DNA from: Phyllobates terribilis
Taxonomy: Eukaryota
Assembly (NCBI RefSeq): GCF_046119375.1
Contig: NW_027362769.1
Span: 361,274,001-361,338,000 of the forward strand
Length of the DNA: 64,000 nucleotides
Direction of reading: 5' to 3'
Shown: positions 26,523-37,523 of the stretch, in pieces
How positions within the stretch are numbered: position 1 is the stretch's first letter
How the letters are laid out: each line of letters opens with the position of its first letter
Program-made: the position numbers and the translations under genes
The notes under the pieces: generated by a model
What the model was told of the DNA's origin: nothing
What the model saw: the letters and a program-made list of their open reading frames with translations, nothing else
The model's database searches: none

Positions 26523-27542
26523 CTGACAAGATAAATGGTGACATTCAGAATGCAATCAGAAACTTGGAATAGAGACCTACTGTCCCGGGACAATGACTGC
26601 GTGGACAGGGCTATGTCTGCTGTTGTGGACATGACTTGAAAGAGAATGAGTTGAAATACCAGACACAACCCATGGGCAAAAGTGGCACTTTTTTTTTTCT
26701 CTTTCATGCAATCCCTTCAAACAGTTTGTACAGCAGCTCTTCATCTAATATAGGGCATGAAAAGTCACAGCAGCTGCTAGTCAGGTCAGTTGCCAAGGTA
26801 TCGTTCTGAAACCTGACAGATACTGTACACAATGCTTCCAGGGTATTGGATGGGTGCTACCTGCTGTGCTGCATCGTCTAAACACTTGATGTCAAGTCAT
26901 ACAGGTGCTGCACACATCTTTTAAAGGGGTGCTAAATTGCTGATGTGTGGGGGGTCTGACTCATGGGATGCATAGCAAGTACTAAATTGGGGAATTTTTA
27001 TCCCCTTTACAAAATTGTCAAGGCAGGTCGAATCCCTGACAGCTGCTATGGGGCTAGCGGAAAAAGCCATTACTAGCACTCGGGAGCCCCATATTAAATG
27101 GATGGAGCAGCGGTTGAACATGTGCATCGCTTTTCCATTCTTACAGTGATAAACGTGACCCATTCTGATGATCAGTCCCAGTGACCGGACCCCCACCGAT
27201 CAATAAGTTATCACTTCCCCTTTAAATTGACTATTTCTAAGCCAATGTGACAGCTTGGGGCAAATAATGTGCTGTATTTTACCAAATGCTATTTTTTTTC
27301 CCCAAATCCCACACCCCTTGGCTAAGTCTGGAGTGCGATTTTTGGATGTGTGCATTTACTTTTTACGGTAATGTAATAATAATAATTCACAACTGTCTCT
27401 CGTAATGAATGGAATGAGTTGTGTCGCACTCAAGCAGCAATCGGAAGCTACAGGTGCAAAATTTGTGACACAATGCTTTTCTATTAGGAGAAAATAAAAA
27501 TCGCATGCGACTTTTTTTCTGCACTGCAGAAGACGCAATAAC

Positions 27543-27656
27543 CTCATAATCCAAAGCATAGCGCTGGGAATCCCGTGGCCGGTTCTTCAGCTCCCTGTAC
27601 GCCCGGATCTTTCGAGCCATCTCGGCAATGAGCCGTAACTTCTTTTTCTTAGCCAT
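27543..27656 (-). CDS. MRPS34: MRPS34 coding exon 1
   Basis: [38 protein letters not shown], then GT donor. Confidence 0.93.
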
Positions 27657-27728
27657 GATTCCCCGCACTGCAGAAATCCAAACACTTGAGGGTGACCCCG
27701 AGAATCTCGGCCAAATGTCGAGGACTGG

Positions 27729-27762
27729 TGACGTCAGTGAGCTGTCAAAGGAGTCACGTGAT
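27729..27762. promoter_or_regulatory. CRE and E-box in the MRPS34/EME2 head-to-head promoter region
   Basis: TGACGTCA 27729-27736 and GTCACGTGAT 27753-27762, 70-105 bp upstream of the MRPS34 ATG. Confidence 0.55.
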
Positions 27763-29515
27763 CCAAGGGACGCGCCTTGCTACTAGGCTTTTTTTTTTTT
27801 TTTCAATTAACTTTATTTACAATATGTTAAAATACAGTAGTAAATACATTAAGAATTCATATTTGAACTCTGAATTGTGTTTATTCCAAGCTCTATCCGG
27901 AATGTGAAAGAATTAACATTTTGTTATCTCCCGTGATAGAAAAATAATCAATCTGCCCGAAACAAAAATGGACGCTGACAGCCCTTCCATGTCTTGTCAT
28001 GTGACTGCGTGTTTAGGGGAAAGAGAATGAAGTTGTCTTTATGAAGGAGCCATTTTAATGGAGCCATGCTGAGACAGAGGGACTAATCTACACCCTGCAT
28101 TGCACATGGGGAGGTGAGATATCGTTAGGATGATGAGGGTTGTCCAAGAACAGAAAATGCAGAATCTGTCTGGTGCTTGGTTGCAGGTGTGATGTAAGTA
28201 TATGCTAGTAAATAGTTGTATAGTTTAGAGGGGTTGTGCAAATTTAGAAATATATGGTGGTTTATTCTCATGAGATGCAATACCAGACACAACCTGTGGA
28301 CAAGTGTGGTGCTATTTCTGTAAAAAAAACAGCCATGTTTTCGTAATTATGGACAGCCCTCTTTAAATGATCATAAAAAGGATGTCACCAATCACATGGT
28401 TGCCACATCTTATTTTTTTTCTAAGTGAACATACGTCATACTTGCCAATGTTTATGGGTTGACTTCACCACCTTAGGCTGACTTCACACGTCTGCGTTGT
28501 CCAGACCGACCGTGGATCTTCTGACCCGAACATAAAACAGCGTCATGCCTATAACACTATTGAGTTTGTGTCATGAGACCGGCGGGTGGTCCGTATTTGA
28601 ATATCGGACGTGTGAAATTGATCTAAGGTCACATTTAGTTGGCAGTGATTTCTCTGGGACCCGATTCACCATTTGCTATTTATTTAAGTCACTTTTTTTG
28701 TCTCGTTTTATTTATTTACGTTGTGTGTGCCACAATCTTCAAAACAATGCACATATTATATTAGTTTTGCACAAAGTAAAAAAATGCTCTTAATTTCTGT
28801 GTTTAAAGACTTTTTAGTGCAAACAATTGCGTGTTCTACTAAATGTCGTAACATTTGCATAAAAATTTCAGATGCACGTAAAGAGCCTAAGGGGTAACAT
28901 TTCTCCTTGTGGAGAGTGACATGTCTGACGTGCCAGAGTAAGGAGACTTATAGGCTATGCAATGCTCCTCTGGGAAATTAAATATGCAAATTGGCTCTTC
29001 AGCGAGGAAGATGACTTGAACACTAGAGCCAACTACTAGAAATAGCAATCCTAAGTCAATATCAACCGTTTATCAACCTTGCCACATAACTTAGAATAAA
29101 AGCCAAACCAGATACTCTATTTGCAGACACGTGTTTCAGGGTATTGCTAAGTGCAAAGCAAGAGATTGGTTGTGTCAAAATCATTTCAGGGGGAGGGGGA
29201 ACTGAAGTACATTTGTGCAGAAATACATCAGCCGAAAACATCTGGTAACCCCACTAATAATATAACAATAATAAACATTAATAAAAAAAGAACAGGCACA
29301 AATGAAAAGGAGGATAATCCTCAAATAAAAACAGGCAACAACACAAAAAAATAGACTAAAAAAAGGTGCAAATAAAATAATGAACTGCGCCCTATGTTCG
29401 CAAATATACATGGAAATGTGAACAGCCCCAGACTAAATATGGACATCTGAATGAGGCTTTATATGTTTGCATTAAAGGATGATGCTAATAATATCCAGCA
29501 TCTTTAATGTGTGTG

Positions 29516-29594
<79 letters not shown>

Positions 29595-29766
29595 AATTAG
29601 TGACTGTTCTTTATGTTCTATTTTATCATGTGTTTCTTATTCTGATAGGAAGACTATCTTCTACCCATCCTGGATCTATGATGTCTGACCTCCTAATTTG
29701 AAGAGGATGATTAAATTAATGGAAAAAAAAAATAGTAAATCTGATATATCATAACCACATATTGTG

Positions 29767-30265
29767 ATGGAAACTGAACAAGATAAAGGATTTATTTCAA
29801 GGTCCCCAAGGAAAATAATAAAAAGGGCTAAAACCTGGGAGATATCAGATTCCGAGACGGAGGAAGAGTCTACGAATGTTGAGACGGATGACGCCAAGAC
29901 TGCGGAAATGCTAAGAAAAGAAAGTCTTCATGAAGAACTCGAAGCCTCTGAAATATCTCAGAATAGACTGGAGGATCATGATCTAAATACTAAAGTTCAA
30001 CCATCCACTGAGGTCCCAACATCTACCTTACATGTGCCTTTATCTGGTTCCACAACTCTCAGTCCAACTAAAAGGACAAAGAGGAGAAAAAACCCTGATG
30101 AACTGGAAGCTGATAAGTTACGGGCAGACGAACAGAGAAAAGAAAAAGAGAGGATCCGGAATCAGGAGAAGGAGGAGAAGGCGAAGCGTAAAGAGTCTGC
30201 ACTAGCGCTGAAGCTCCTGAGACCAGATCAGTGTGGGAAGTACATGACGGTCCAGCTGGATGCCG
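29767..30265 (+). CDS. EME2: Essential meiotic structure-specific endonuclease subunit 2, coding exon 1
   Basis: METEQ...KLLRPDQCGKYMTVQLDAG, then GTAGG. Model join(29767-30265,32507-32643,32874-32966,36563-36675,37263-37362,46506-46621,50711-50900,51008-51244) = 1485 nt, 494 aa; synteny with MRPS34 and SPSB3. Confidence 0.85.
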
Positions 30266-30603
30266 GTAGGACATTTTGTAACATTATGATCTAGTGGGTA
30301 AGAACTAGTGTATATATAAACTGGAGGTGACAATAGAAACTAGCTGAATGATTTCTAGTCGGTGACTTTAATGGTTCTTTTAAGTCCTCTTTTTATGGAG
30401 GTCAATGGGGTTATTTAAAACTGAGACCGTTAGGGGTTCCACCACCACCAAACTCAAGAAAATGAGCTCTCCCTTCACATTAGAGGCAGAGAGATGACTC
30501 TGACAAAATAGAAATATCACATCAGTATTAGAAATGAGAGAATTGCCCAATACAGGTTATTAAACCTGAGGTTATTCAGTTTGGGAAAACGAAGGTTTAG
30601 GAG

Positions 30604-30905
30604 TAGTGTTGAGCGAGTATGTTCTGTTCCGAGTATGCTCGGGCCGAGCTCCGAGTATTTACAGCTGCTCGGTGATATGTTTGAAACGCTCCCGTGTGCA
30701 TGATTTGCAACTGTTTGACAGCTTTATTACATGTGAGGAATGTGTAAGAAATAGACATTCCTCACATGTATTAAAACTGTCAAACAGTCGCAAATCATGC
30801 ACACGGGGAGCGATTCAAACATATCACCGAGCAGCTGTAACTACTCGGAGCTCGGCCCGAGCATACTCGGCGAAAGGGTTAACAGAACATACTCGCTCAA
30901 CACTA
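30604..30905. mobile_element. hAT MITE
   Basis: Long TIRs TAGTGTTGAGCGAGTATGTTCTGTT...; perfect 8-bp TSD TTTAGGAG. Confidence 0.92.
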
Positions 30906-30989
30906 TTTAGGAGTGATCTTAATACAATGTACAAATATATGACGGAGCAATGATATGATATTATTACACTTAGGCCTGCAACTTTGTCA

Positions 30990-31400
30990 AGGTGGCATCC
31001 TCTACATCTAGAAGACAGAAGGTTTAATCATAAATCACAGACGTAGATTCTCTACTGTAAGAGCAGTGAGATTATGGATTCTTTAATGTAAGAGCAGTGA
31101 GACTGTGGAACTCTCTCCCATATGATGTTGTAATGGTTGATTCACTACTAAAATTCAAGAAGCACCTGGCTGTCTTTCTTGACAAATATAATATAACAGG
31201 TAATGAGCATAGGTTTCTGTGATGGGGCATTGATCCAGGGGAAACTAGTCTGATTGCCTTATGTGGAGCCGGGAAAGAATTTTTCTCTTAATATGGAGCT
31301 ATTAGTATCTGCTTTATAAGATTTTTGCCTTCCTCTGGATCAATATGTTAGGCTATGGGTTGAACTCAATGGGCTCCAATCAACCTTAAAAACAACTGTG
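30990..31400 (+). mobile_element. Old CR1 LINE 3' fragment
   Basis: Degenerate RT C-terminus (GHPLHLE.RRF...VRAVRLWNSLP.DVV...FKK.L..FL) followed by 3' UTR. Confidence 0.7.
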
Positions 31401-32506
31401 ATTTGCAGGAGCTATGTCAGAAGTCCATGACTGCAGAACAGGAACCCTGTAAACCTCCTCCTACCTGCTAATGTTCCCGGATCCTCTTCTGATTTGTTGG
31501 CCTGGCATGAAGTCATAGTTGCAGCTTGATAAAAGCATGATATCGCACTAGACCTACTAATCAGAAGAGGTGGTGAGATGCCGGCAGATAGAAGGCTTTT
31601 CTCGCAGGGCTCCTGTCCGGTGGCCATGGACTACTAACTAAGGTCCTGCAAATCGATTTGCTTATCTCTAGTGAGTATGTGATACCACATGATTAAGGCC
31701 TTGTTCAGACCTCTGTTTTTCACATTGTGTTATTTTCGTGTTTCTATGGGACTGTTTGCATGTCTGCATGTTCAATTTCTTGCAAACTGAGTGTCTGTTT
31801 GTCATCCGAAGTTAAGTTGTTCTTTCACATCAGTGGGTCTGTGAAAAAAAAAAAAAAAAAAACACCAATGCCACCCATGTATAATTCGAGTGATGTTAAT
31901 TTTTTTCTGTTTAGTGGTAATAGAAACTTGTAATTATTTTTATTTATTTATTTTTTTGCAAAAAAGAAAAATGGATGCCACGCTGATGTTAGAAATGTGG
32001 GCACAGACCTAATGCTGAAAAAAATCAGATCCAACACACTGATAAAAAGTGGTCAGTTTTTTTTCTCATGTGCAAAAAAAAAAAAAAGCTAGACGTCTTC
32101 ACATCAGATAATTGAGGGAGGAGGGTTATGATTCATTGACAGTTGGGATTTTGATAAGTAAGATGCGAGGGATGGTGTATAACACTGGGAAATGTGTTGT
32201 TTTTCACCTGTAGATCAGCTATGCTAGGACTTACAGCTCTACCCCAGCTGTACAGACAAATTGCATTAAAATCTATTTTCAGCTACTCTGTCCCTTCACC
32301 ATGCTTTATTCTTGGGCTCTGCTTTCTCAGGTTGACCCCTGTATATGGCATAAGCCCACCAGGGAGTCATTTTATGGCATATCTCTCTACACAACAAATA
32401 AGCAGCAAAAAGAACATTGGTTATCTGCAGAAAAATACTGAACCAAATCTTTCTCAATGGGGAGAATCTTGTTTAACTCTAGGGTATTTTATTGTATTTT
32501 CTGCAG

Positions 32507-32643
32507 GTCTCCTTCAGGATGCTGGATGTGAAGATCTACTGGAATCCTTGAGCACAGCCGGCTATAATTATGCCATAGAGCCGCACTCTGTTCCCTCTAG
32601 TGTCACTTGGCGGAGAGAGATGCCCGGAGACTGGTCGTGTGTC
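32507..32643 (+). CDS. EME2: EME2 coding exon 2
   Basis: LLQDAGCEDLLESL...IEPHSVPSSVTWRRE; CAG / GTAAGA. Confidence 0.85.
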
Positions 32644-32873
32644 GTAAGATGAGCTTTATAACACTTTATGAAAATAAATTGATGAAATCTTTATAGATTT
32701 ATTAAAGCTAGCTCAAGCGAACGGGGAAAAAGTGGATCGAGCGACCAATATGAGACTTAATTTTTGGGCAACCTCTCCGCTCTCTGCTTTTCTTTGCAGC
32801 ATTATTTTTTCACTTGTGGTTAAGGGTCCATATTGGTACTGCTCTTATTTTCTGCCTCCTGTGTTGTTTTGAG

Positions 32874-32966
32874 GAGGGTATGGAGCTTTGCAGAGGAGAA
32901 GAACATGAAATGCTGATACTTGTGGAGCCCAAAGACTTTCTCGCAAGTGTTTGTTGCTACAATCAG
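32874..32966 (+). CDS. EME2: EME2 coding exon 3
   Basis: GEEHEMLILVEPKDFLASV...Q, resembling human GEQELLLLLEPEEFL; GTAATG donor; acceptor is an unusual GAG. Confidence 0.75.
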
Positions 32967-32979
32967 GTAATGGGATGAG

Positions 32980-33930
32980 CACGGGCGTTTTTTGGCAAAG
33001 TGGGGCCCTAGGCAAAAATTTTATGTGGGGCCCTAAATGCTGACATTCTGCACCATCACACTCAAACATTTCGGTTGTATTTACATGCGCTGAGTTCAGG
33101 CCGTTTAATGAGCGATATCGACAATATTGAAGTCTTCCGACGCTTGTTTCCTGGCCTCTTTACACCGGTTGAGGAAGAATGATGGGCACACTGCTGGGAT
33201 TTATAAATGTGGATCACGCACACACACACACACGCATGCACATACTGTGTGTCTGCACCCAACCATCTACATATACTATTAACATATATACAAGTTAAAA
33301 TAATGCAATAAAATCTATAAACATAAACACTTATGTACACCCATCACACACTTGTATACGACCCACACACGTTCACGGCACATGCACACTCCACAACAAA
33401 TGCTCAGCAGATACACACATTACGCACAGTGTATGGATGCAGGACAACAAACATTCATATAAACACATACAAATCTCACAGACAGCACACACCTCAGATA
33501 CCAGATACACACACTGCTTTGTGCTGGAACGAATGAAGATTTTCTACAATATGAGCTGCAGCTTCTGCTGCTCACAGCAGCACTGTCCCAGCAGACAATT
33601 CCCTGCCCTCTCCTCTGCTGGGAGCTGGCATGAGGATGCGGAGGAGGCTGGCAGGGGCAGCCAGAGGAGGTGGGGCGAGGGAGGCTAGCAGGAGCCGAAG
33701 GGGGCTGGCTGGAGGAGACTGGCAGGAGCAAGGGGAAGCTCTTCAGACTGCAAGGCCTGCAGTGACATCGTGGTCTCATGATCGTGATGTCTCTACATCG
33801 GAAGCTTCACTGATAATGCTATTATCAGTGAAGCTCCTGCTGTAGCCGCTGGTGGCCCCCAAGGGAGGTGGGGGGGACCCTAAGCAGATGCCTATTCTGC
33901 CCTCCACCCTCCCCCATAACACCGGCCCTG
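32980..33930. mobile_element. Non-autonomous hAT-like element, 13 nt into EME2 intron 3
   Basis: Perfect 8-bp TSD GGGATGAG (32972-32979, 33931-33938); right TIR ACCGGCCCTG, left TIR degenerate. Confidence 0.8.
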
Positions 33931-34206
33931 GGGATGAGTGAGAAGTGTAGGAAGGAGTAAATGATCCATTACTATTTCAAGATCTTTGTTTAAGGTCATT
34001 GAATGTTATCATTCTCCTGCAGATCCATCTTGTAACCCTGTTGCTCAAGTTCAAATTTTGCTACAATTATATAGTCTGTAAGCCTGTATTCTGCCTACAT
34101 AATCAGCAGAACAAATATTTCTCCTGTCCTGACGGCGTGCTACAATGTATCAGCACAGGTGAAATATATCAGCATTGAGTTCAGGCTAAATTTTTTAGAC
34201 TGTATA

Positions 34207-35221
34207 TGACACGCCCCCTGGGCCGTGCGTGGGGGAATACCCGGAAACGGGTCTCTGTGTAATGCTAGGGGTTGTAGTCTCCGTGGCTGCGACCCGGTCC
34301 CGTGGCTCAGGGTGGTCAAACCAGTGGCGGATCGGTTTATTTGTTTGTTTCAAAGTTTAAATGTCCGACTACGCCACCCGTGGATTGCGGTCACTGAGAA
34401 CCGCCGCTGCGGGGCAGACCGCTGAGGCCGATGTTGTGTGCGCAGCAGAGGGTAGTATAACTCCCCATGGGAGGAGTATAGCCTCAGGGCAGCGTGTGTA
34501 AATGGTGAGGTTTGTGGTGCATGGGCGCAGCAGAAATGACTCAGAGTCCGTGCAGTGCAGTTCAGGGTCTTTACTGTTGGTAATGAAGAAGGCCCTGCCG
34601 GGAGTACTGGCTAACATTAGAGGCCTGGTCGGTCTGTGAGCGAACAAGAGTACCCCTGGCCAGGTGGAGTTGTAGACCTTCCTGTCTGACTGCACTCTTC
34701 CTGGCTACCTTGCTGTAGTCATGTAGTAGCCCACATCCCTGAGTGTACCGTGTGGTGCTCACCCGTATGGCTGGTGACTTGGGGCCTTTGGTAGCTTCCG
34801 CTCCTCGATGGTGGTGCCAGTCCCTTGCGTGTGACTGAGCCTCCGGGCTTCCTATGGCCAGAGGACCTGAAATCCCCTGCCAGGTGGTTTCTGCTGCTGG
34901 ATGTGGATATCCTCACAGCCTCGGACTCCGGTGTCCGGTTCTCTGCGTCTTCGGCCAGGACGAGCTCTGCTAGCTCCAGCCCCTGGCTTTCAGCTCCTGT
35001 CTCCTCCAGTGCTCCTTGCTGCTCCTCTGTCCCTTCCTCTGGACTAGAACTCAACTCTCTAACTCTGCCCCAGATCCAGTTTATAAAGGGCAGGTTTCTC
35101 CCCTCCCTGGACTGGGGCAGGAGGCGTTGCATGCAAAAGTGCTCCTGACCAGGAAAACCCATGCTCGCTCTCAGACATGGTATTTCTACCACTGTGGCAA
35201 CCAGACCTCCGGGGTGCCACA
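34207..35221 (-). mobile_element. Solo LTR (Gypsy-like)
   Basis: Reads TGTGGCACCCC...GGGGCGTGTCA on the minus strand; 4-bp TSD TATA. Confidence 0.85.
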
Positions 35222-35339
35222 TATACATGTTATGAAAAATATTAATATCCAAAATCCCACGAGCATTGTCAATCAACTTCAATCAGACCATTATAGGTCA
35301 TATAGTGCATATGTGTGCATCAGTAATCACTCCAAAACA

Positions 35340-36050
35340 TACAATTTAATGAAGGAGAAAAATTTACCTTTATTTGTTACATTGATTAAATATTATAATA
35401 AAATGGACATGATAATGGCAACACACAGAGGAGGAAGAAATGTTCTGCACACGAACCAGTAATTACATGATATAATGTTAAAGGCAGGTGGGACCAAAGA
35501 ACAAGGCTGTATCAAAAGTCAATAAATTAGGATCATATGTCGCCTTGAGAAAGCGTGCAGCTAGCACGTGAAACATGTGTCGGGGACTCACTCTTTCCAC
35601 CTAAATTCCATGGGAGGACTATCTGCAACATGGGTAAGGTTCCTTCACTCTAGGGGCATACTTTTGGTGGGATCTTCTTGACGTTTTTACGCATAATATT
35701 ACTTTGAACAGGTTGATGTCACCTATGTCCAGCCCTATTGATCCCTTATATACTACACCCAATTGAGGCTCTAGATACGCAGGGACATAGCTATTAGCAT
35801 CACTAATGGTGACATATGCCTGTCATATGATCCTAATTTATTGACTTTTGATACTGCCTTTCCCTTTGGTCCCACCTGCCTTTAACATTATATCATGTGA
35901 TTACTGGCTCATGTGCAGAACATTTCTTCCTCCTCTGTGTGTTGCCATTATCATGTCCATTTTATTATAAAATTGTATCAATGTAACTAATAAAGGTATA
36001 TATTTTTTTAATGAAACACTCCTCTTTTCTCCTTCATTCAAATGTTATGA
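35340..36050. repeat. About 175-200-bp inverted repeat, possibly a Penelope-like element remnant
   Basis: Arms about 35365-35539 and 35824-35998; the loop contains CTTGAGAAAG...GAAAC. Confidence 0.6.
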
Positions 36051-36195
36051 AAAATAGTAGGTCTCTATGTGATTCATTAACAGCAAACAGTGATCTTGAA
36101 AACGACTATAAATTGAAATATGTTCTAAAAGAGTAACCACCGTTTTTATTTCATAAATCAATAGTACACATGAAAATAAGCAACTTTGTAATATA

Positions 36196-36520
36196 CAGTT
36201 AGGTCCATATATATTTGGACCGAGACAACATTTTTCTAATTTTGGTTCTAGACATTACCACAATGAATTTTAAACAAAACAATTCAGATGCAGTTGAAGT
36301 TCAGACTTTCAGCTTTCATTTGAGGGTATCCACATTAAAATTGGATGAAGGGTTTAGGAGTTTCAGCTCCTTACCATGTGCCACCCTGTTTTTAAAGGGA
36401 CCAAAAGTAATTGGACAATTGACTCCAAGGCTATTTCATGGACAGGTGTGGGCAATCCCTTCATTATGTCATTCTCAATTAAGCAGATAAAAGGCCGGAA
36501 GTTGATTTGAGGTGTGGTGC
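36196..36520 (+). mobile_element. Tc1-like element left-end fragment
   Basis: TA|CAGTTAGGTCCATA... terminus with internal repeat GGACCAAAAGTAATTGGACA. Confidence 0.6.
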
Positions 36521-36562
36521 TATCTGTATAATTAAATTATCATACTGCTCTGTACATTGCAG

Positions 36563-36675
36563 GCTCCAATAACCTCCAGTAATGAAGAGACCCCAGGTTC
36601 TGTATTTGGATTTGCCAAGAAGTACCCTGATAAGAAGATCACATTGGTCATTTTGGGACTCAGAGATTATCGTAG
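36563..36675 (+). CDS. EME2: EME2 coding exon 4 (GC donor)
   Basis: APITSS...KKYPDKKITLVILGLRDYR; AG|GCAAGT donor is needed to keep frame into exon 5. Confidence 0.8.
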
Positions 36676-36726
36676 GCAAGTACTATTGTTTTCCTAAGTC
36701 CTTTGTTAGTACTGTAATTCATTTAA

Positions 36727-37113
36727 AGGGGTTGTGCCGGACTTTACCGATTGATTATGGGTCGTCGGTATGAGAGCAGTGGGGTCTGACACCCAGCACC
36801 CTCACTCATCAGCTGTTAGCAGGTCCTGCTGCGGCCAGATGTAAATGGCGTACGCAGCAGTACTGTACAGCTGAGTACACCATCAGGGGCTTTCTCGGGT
36901 AATGAGCTCCGCTCCTATTCACTTCAATGAGAACTGAGCTGTAGTATCTGAGAATGGCCACTACAGTGTCTGTTCACTGTGTAAATCCAGCTTAAGCTGC
37001 AAATTACTGAATTGTGGTGGTGCCGGATTTCTCACCCCCATCGGTCTGATATTGATGACCTATCCTAAGGATATAAGGATACACCATTAATTTCAAAGTC
37101 CTGTAAAACCCCT
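36727..37113. mobile_element. TTAA-flanked MITE (Kolobok/T2-like)
   Basis: TTAA|AGGGGTT...AACCCCT|TTAA. Confidence 0.7.
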
Positions 37114-37262
37114 TTAAGTGGTCGTATCACGGCCAAGAAGAAATATCCTAATGGTTTTCACCATTTTAACATTGTGAATTTGATAATTTTAGGGAAGGTC
37201 TCTTAATAAAACCGTATACAGCGAGTGTCCGTACTCTTTAATAAGATGTTTATTCACACTAG

Positions 37263-37362
37263 ATGTCAAAGGTTGTCTCACAAAATGGAGAGACATTCGC
37301 TGGAGGTGAAAACAAGGCCTGGTGCGGAAGATGGTTGGGTAACCTGGAGACGAATAGATGAG
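37263..37362 (+). CDS. EME2: EME2 coding exon 5
   Basis: CQRLSHKM...GWVTWRRIDE, comparable to human VAVSWPEVEE; TAG / GTGAGG. Confidence 0.82.
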
Positions 37363-37378
37363 GTGAGGTAAATGGTTG

Positions 37379-37379
<1 letters not shown>

Positions 37380-37447
<68 letters not shown>
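37380..37447. repeat. (TA)n microsatellite flanking the Helitron on the left (matched by 45943-46033 on the right)
   Basis: Direct read; another (TA)n lies at about 29520-29588. Confidence 0.95.
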
Positions 37448-37451
<4 letters not shown>

Positions 37452-37523
37452 CACACACACTAGATGGTGGCCCGATTCTAACGCATTGGGTATTCTAGAA
37501 TATGTATGCGGCCGACCGGGCGC

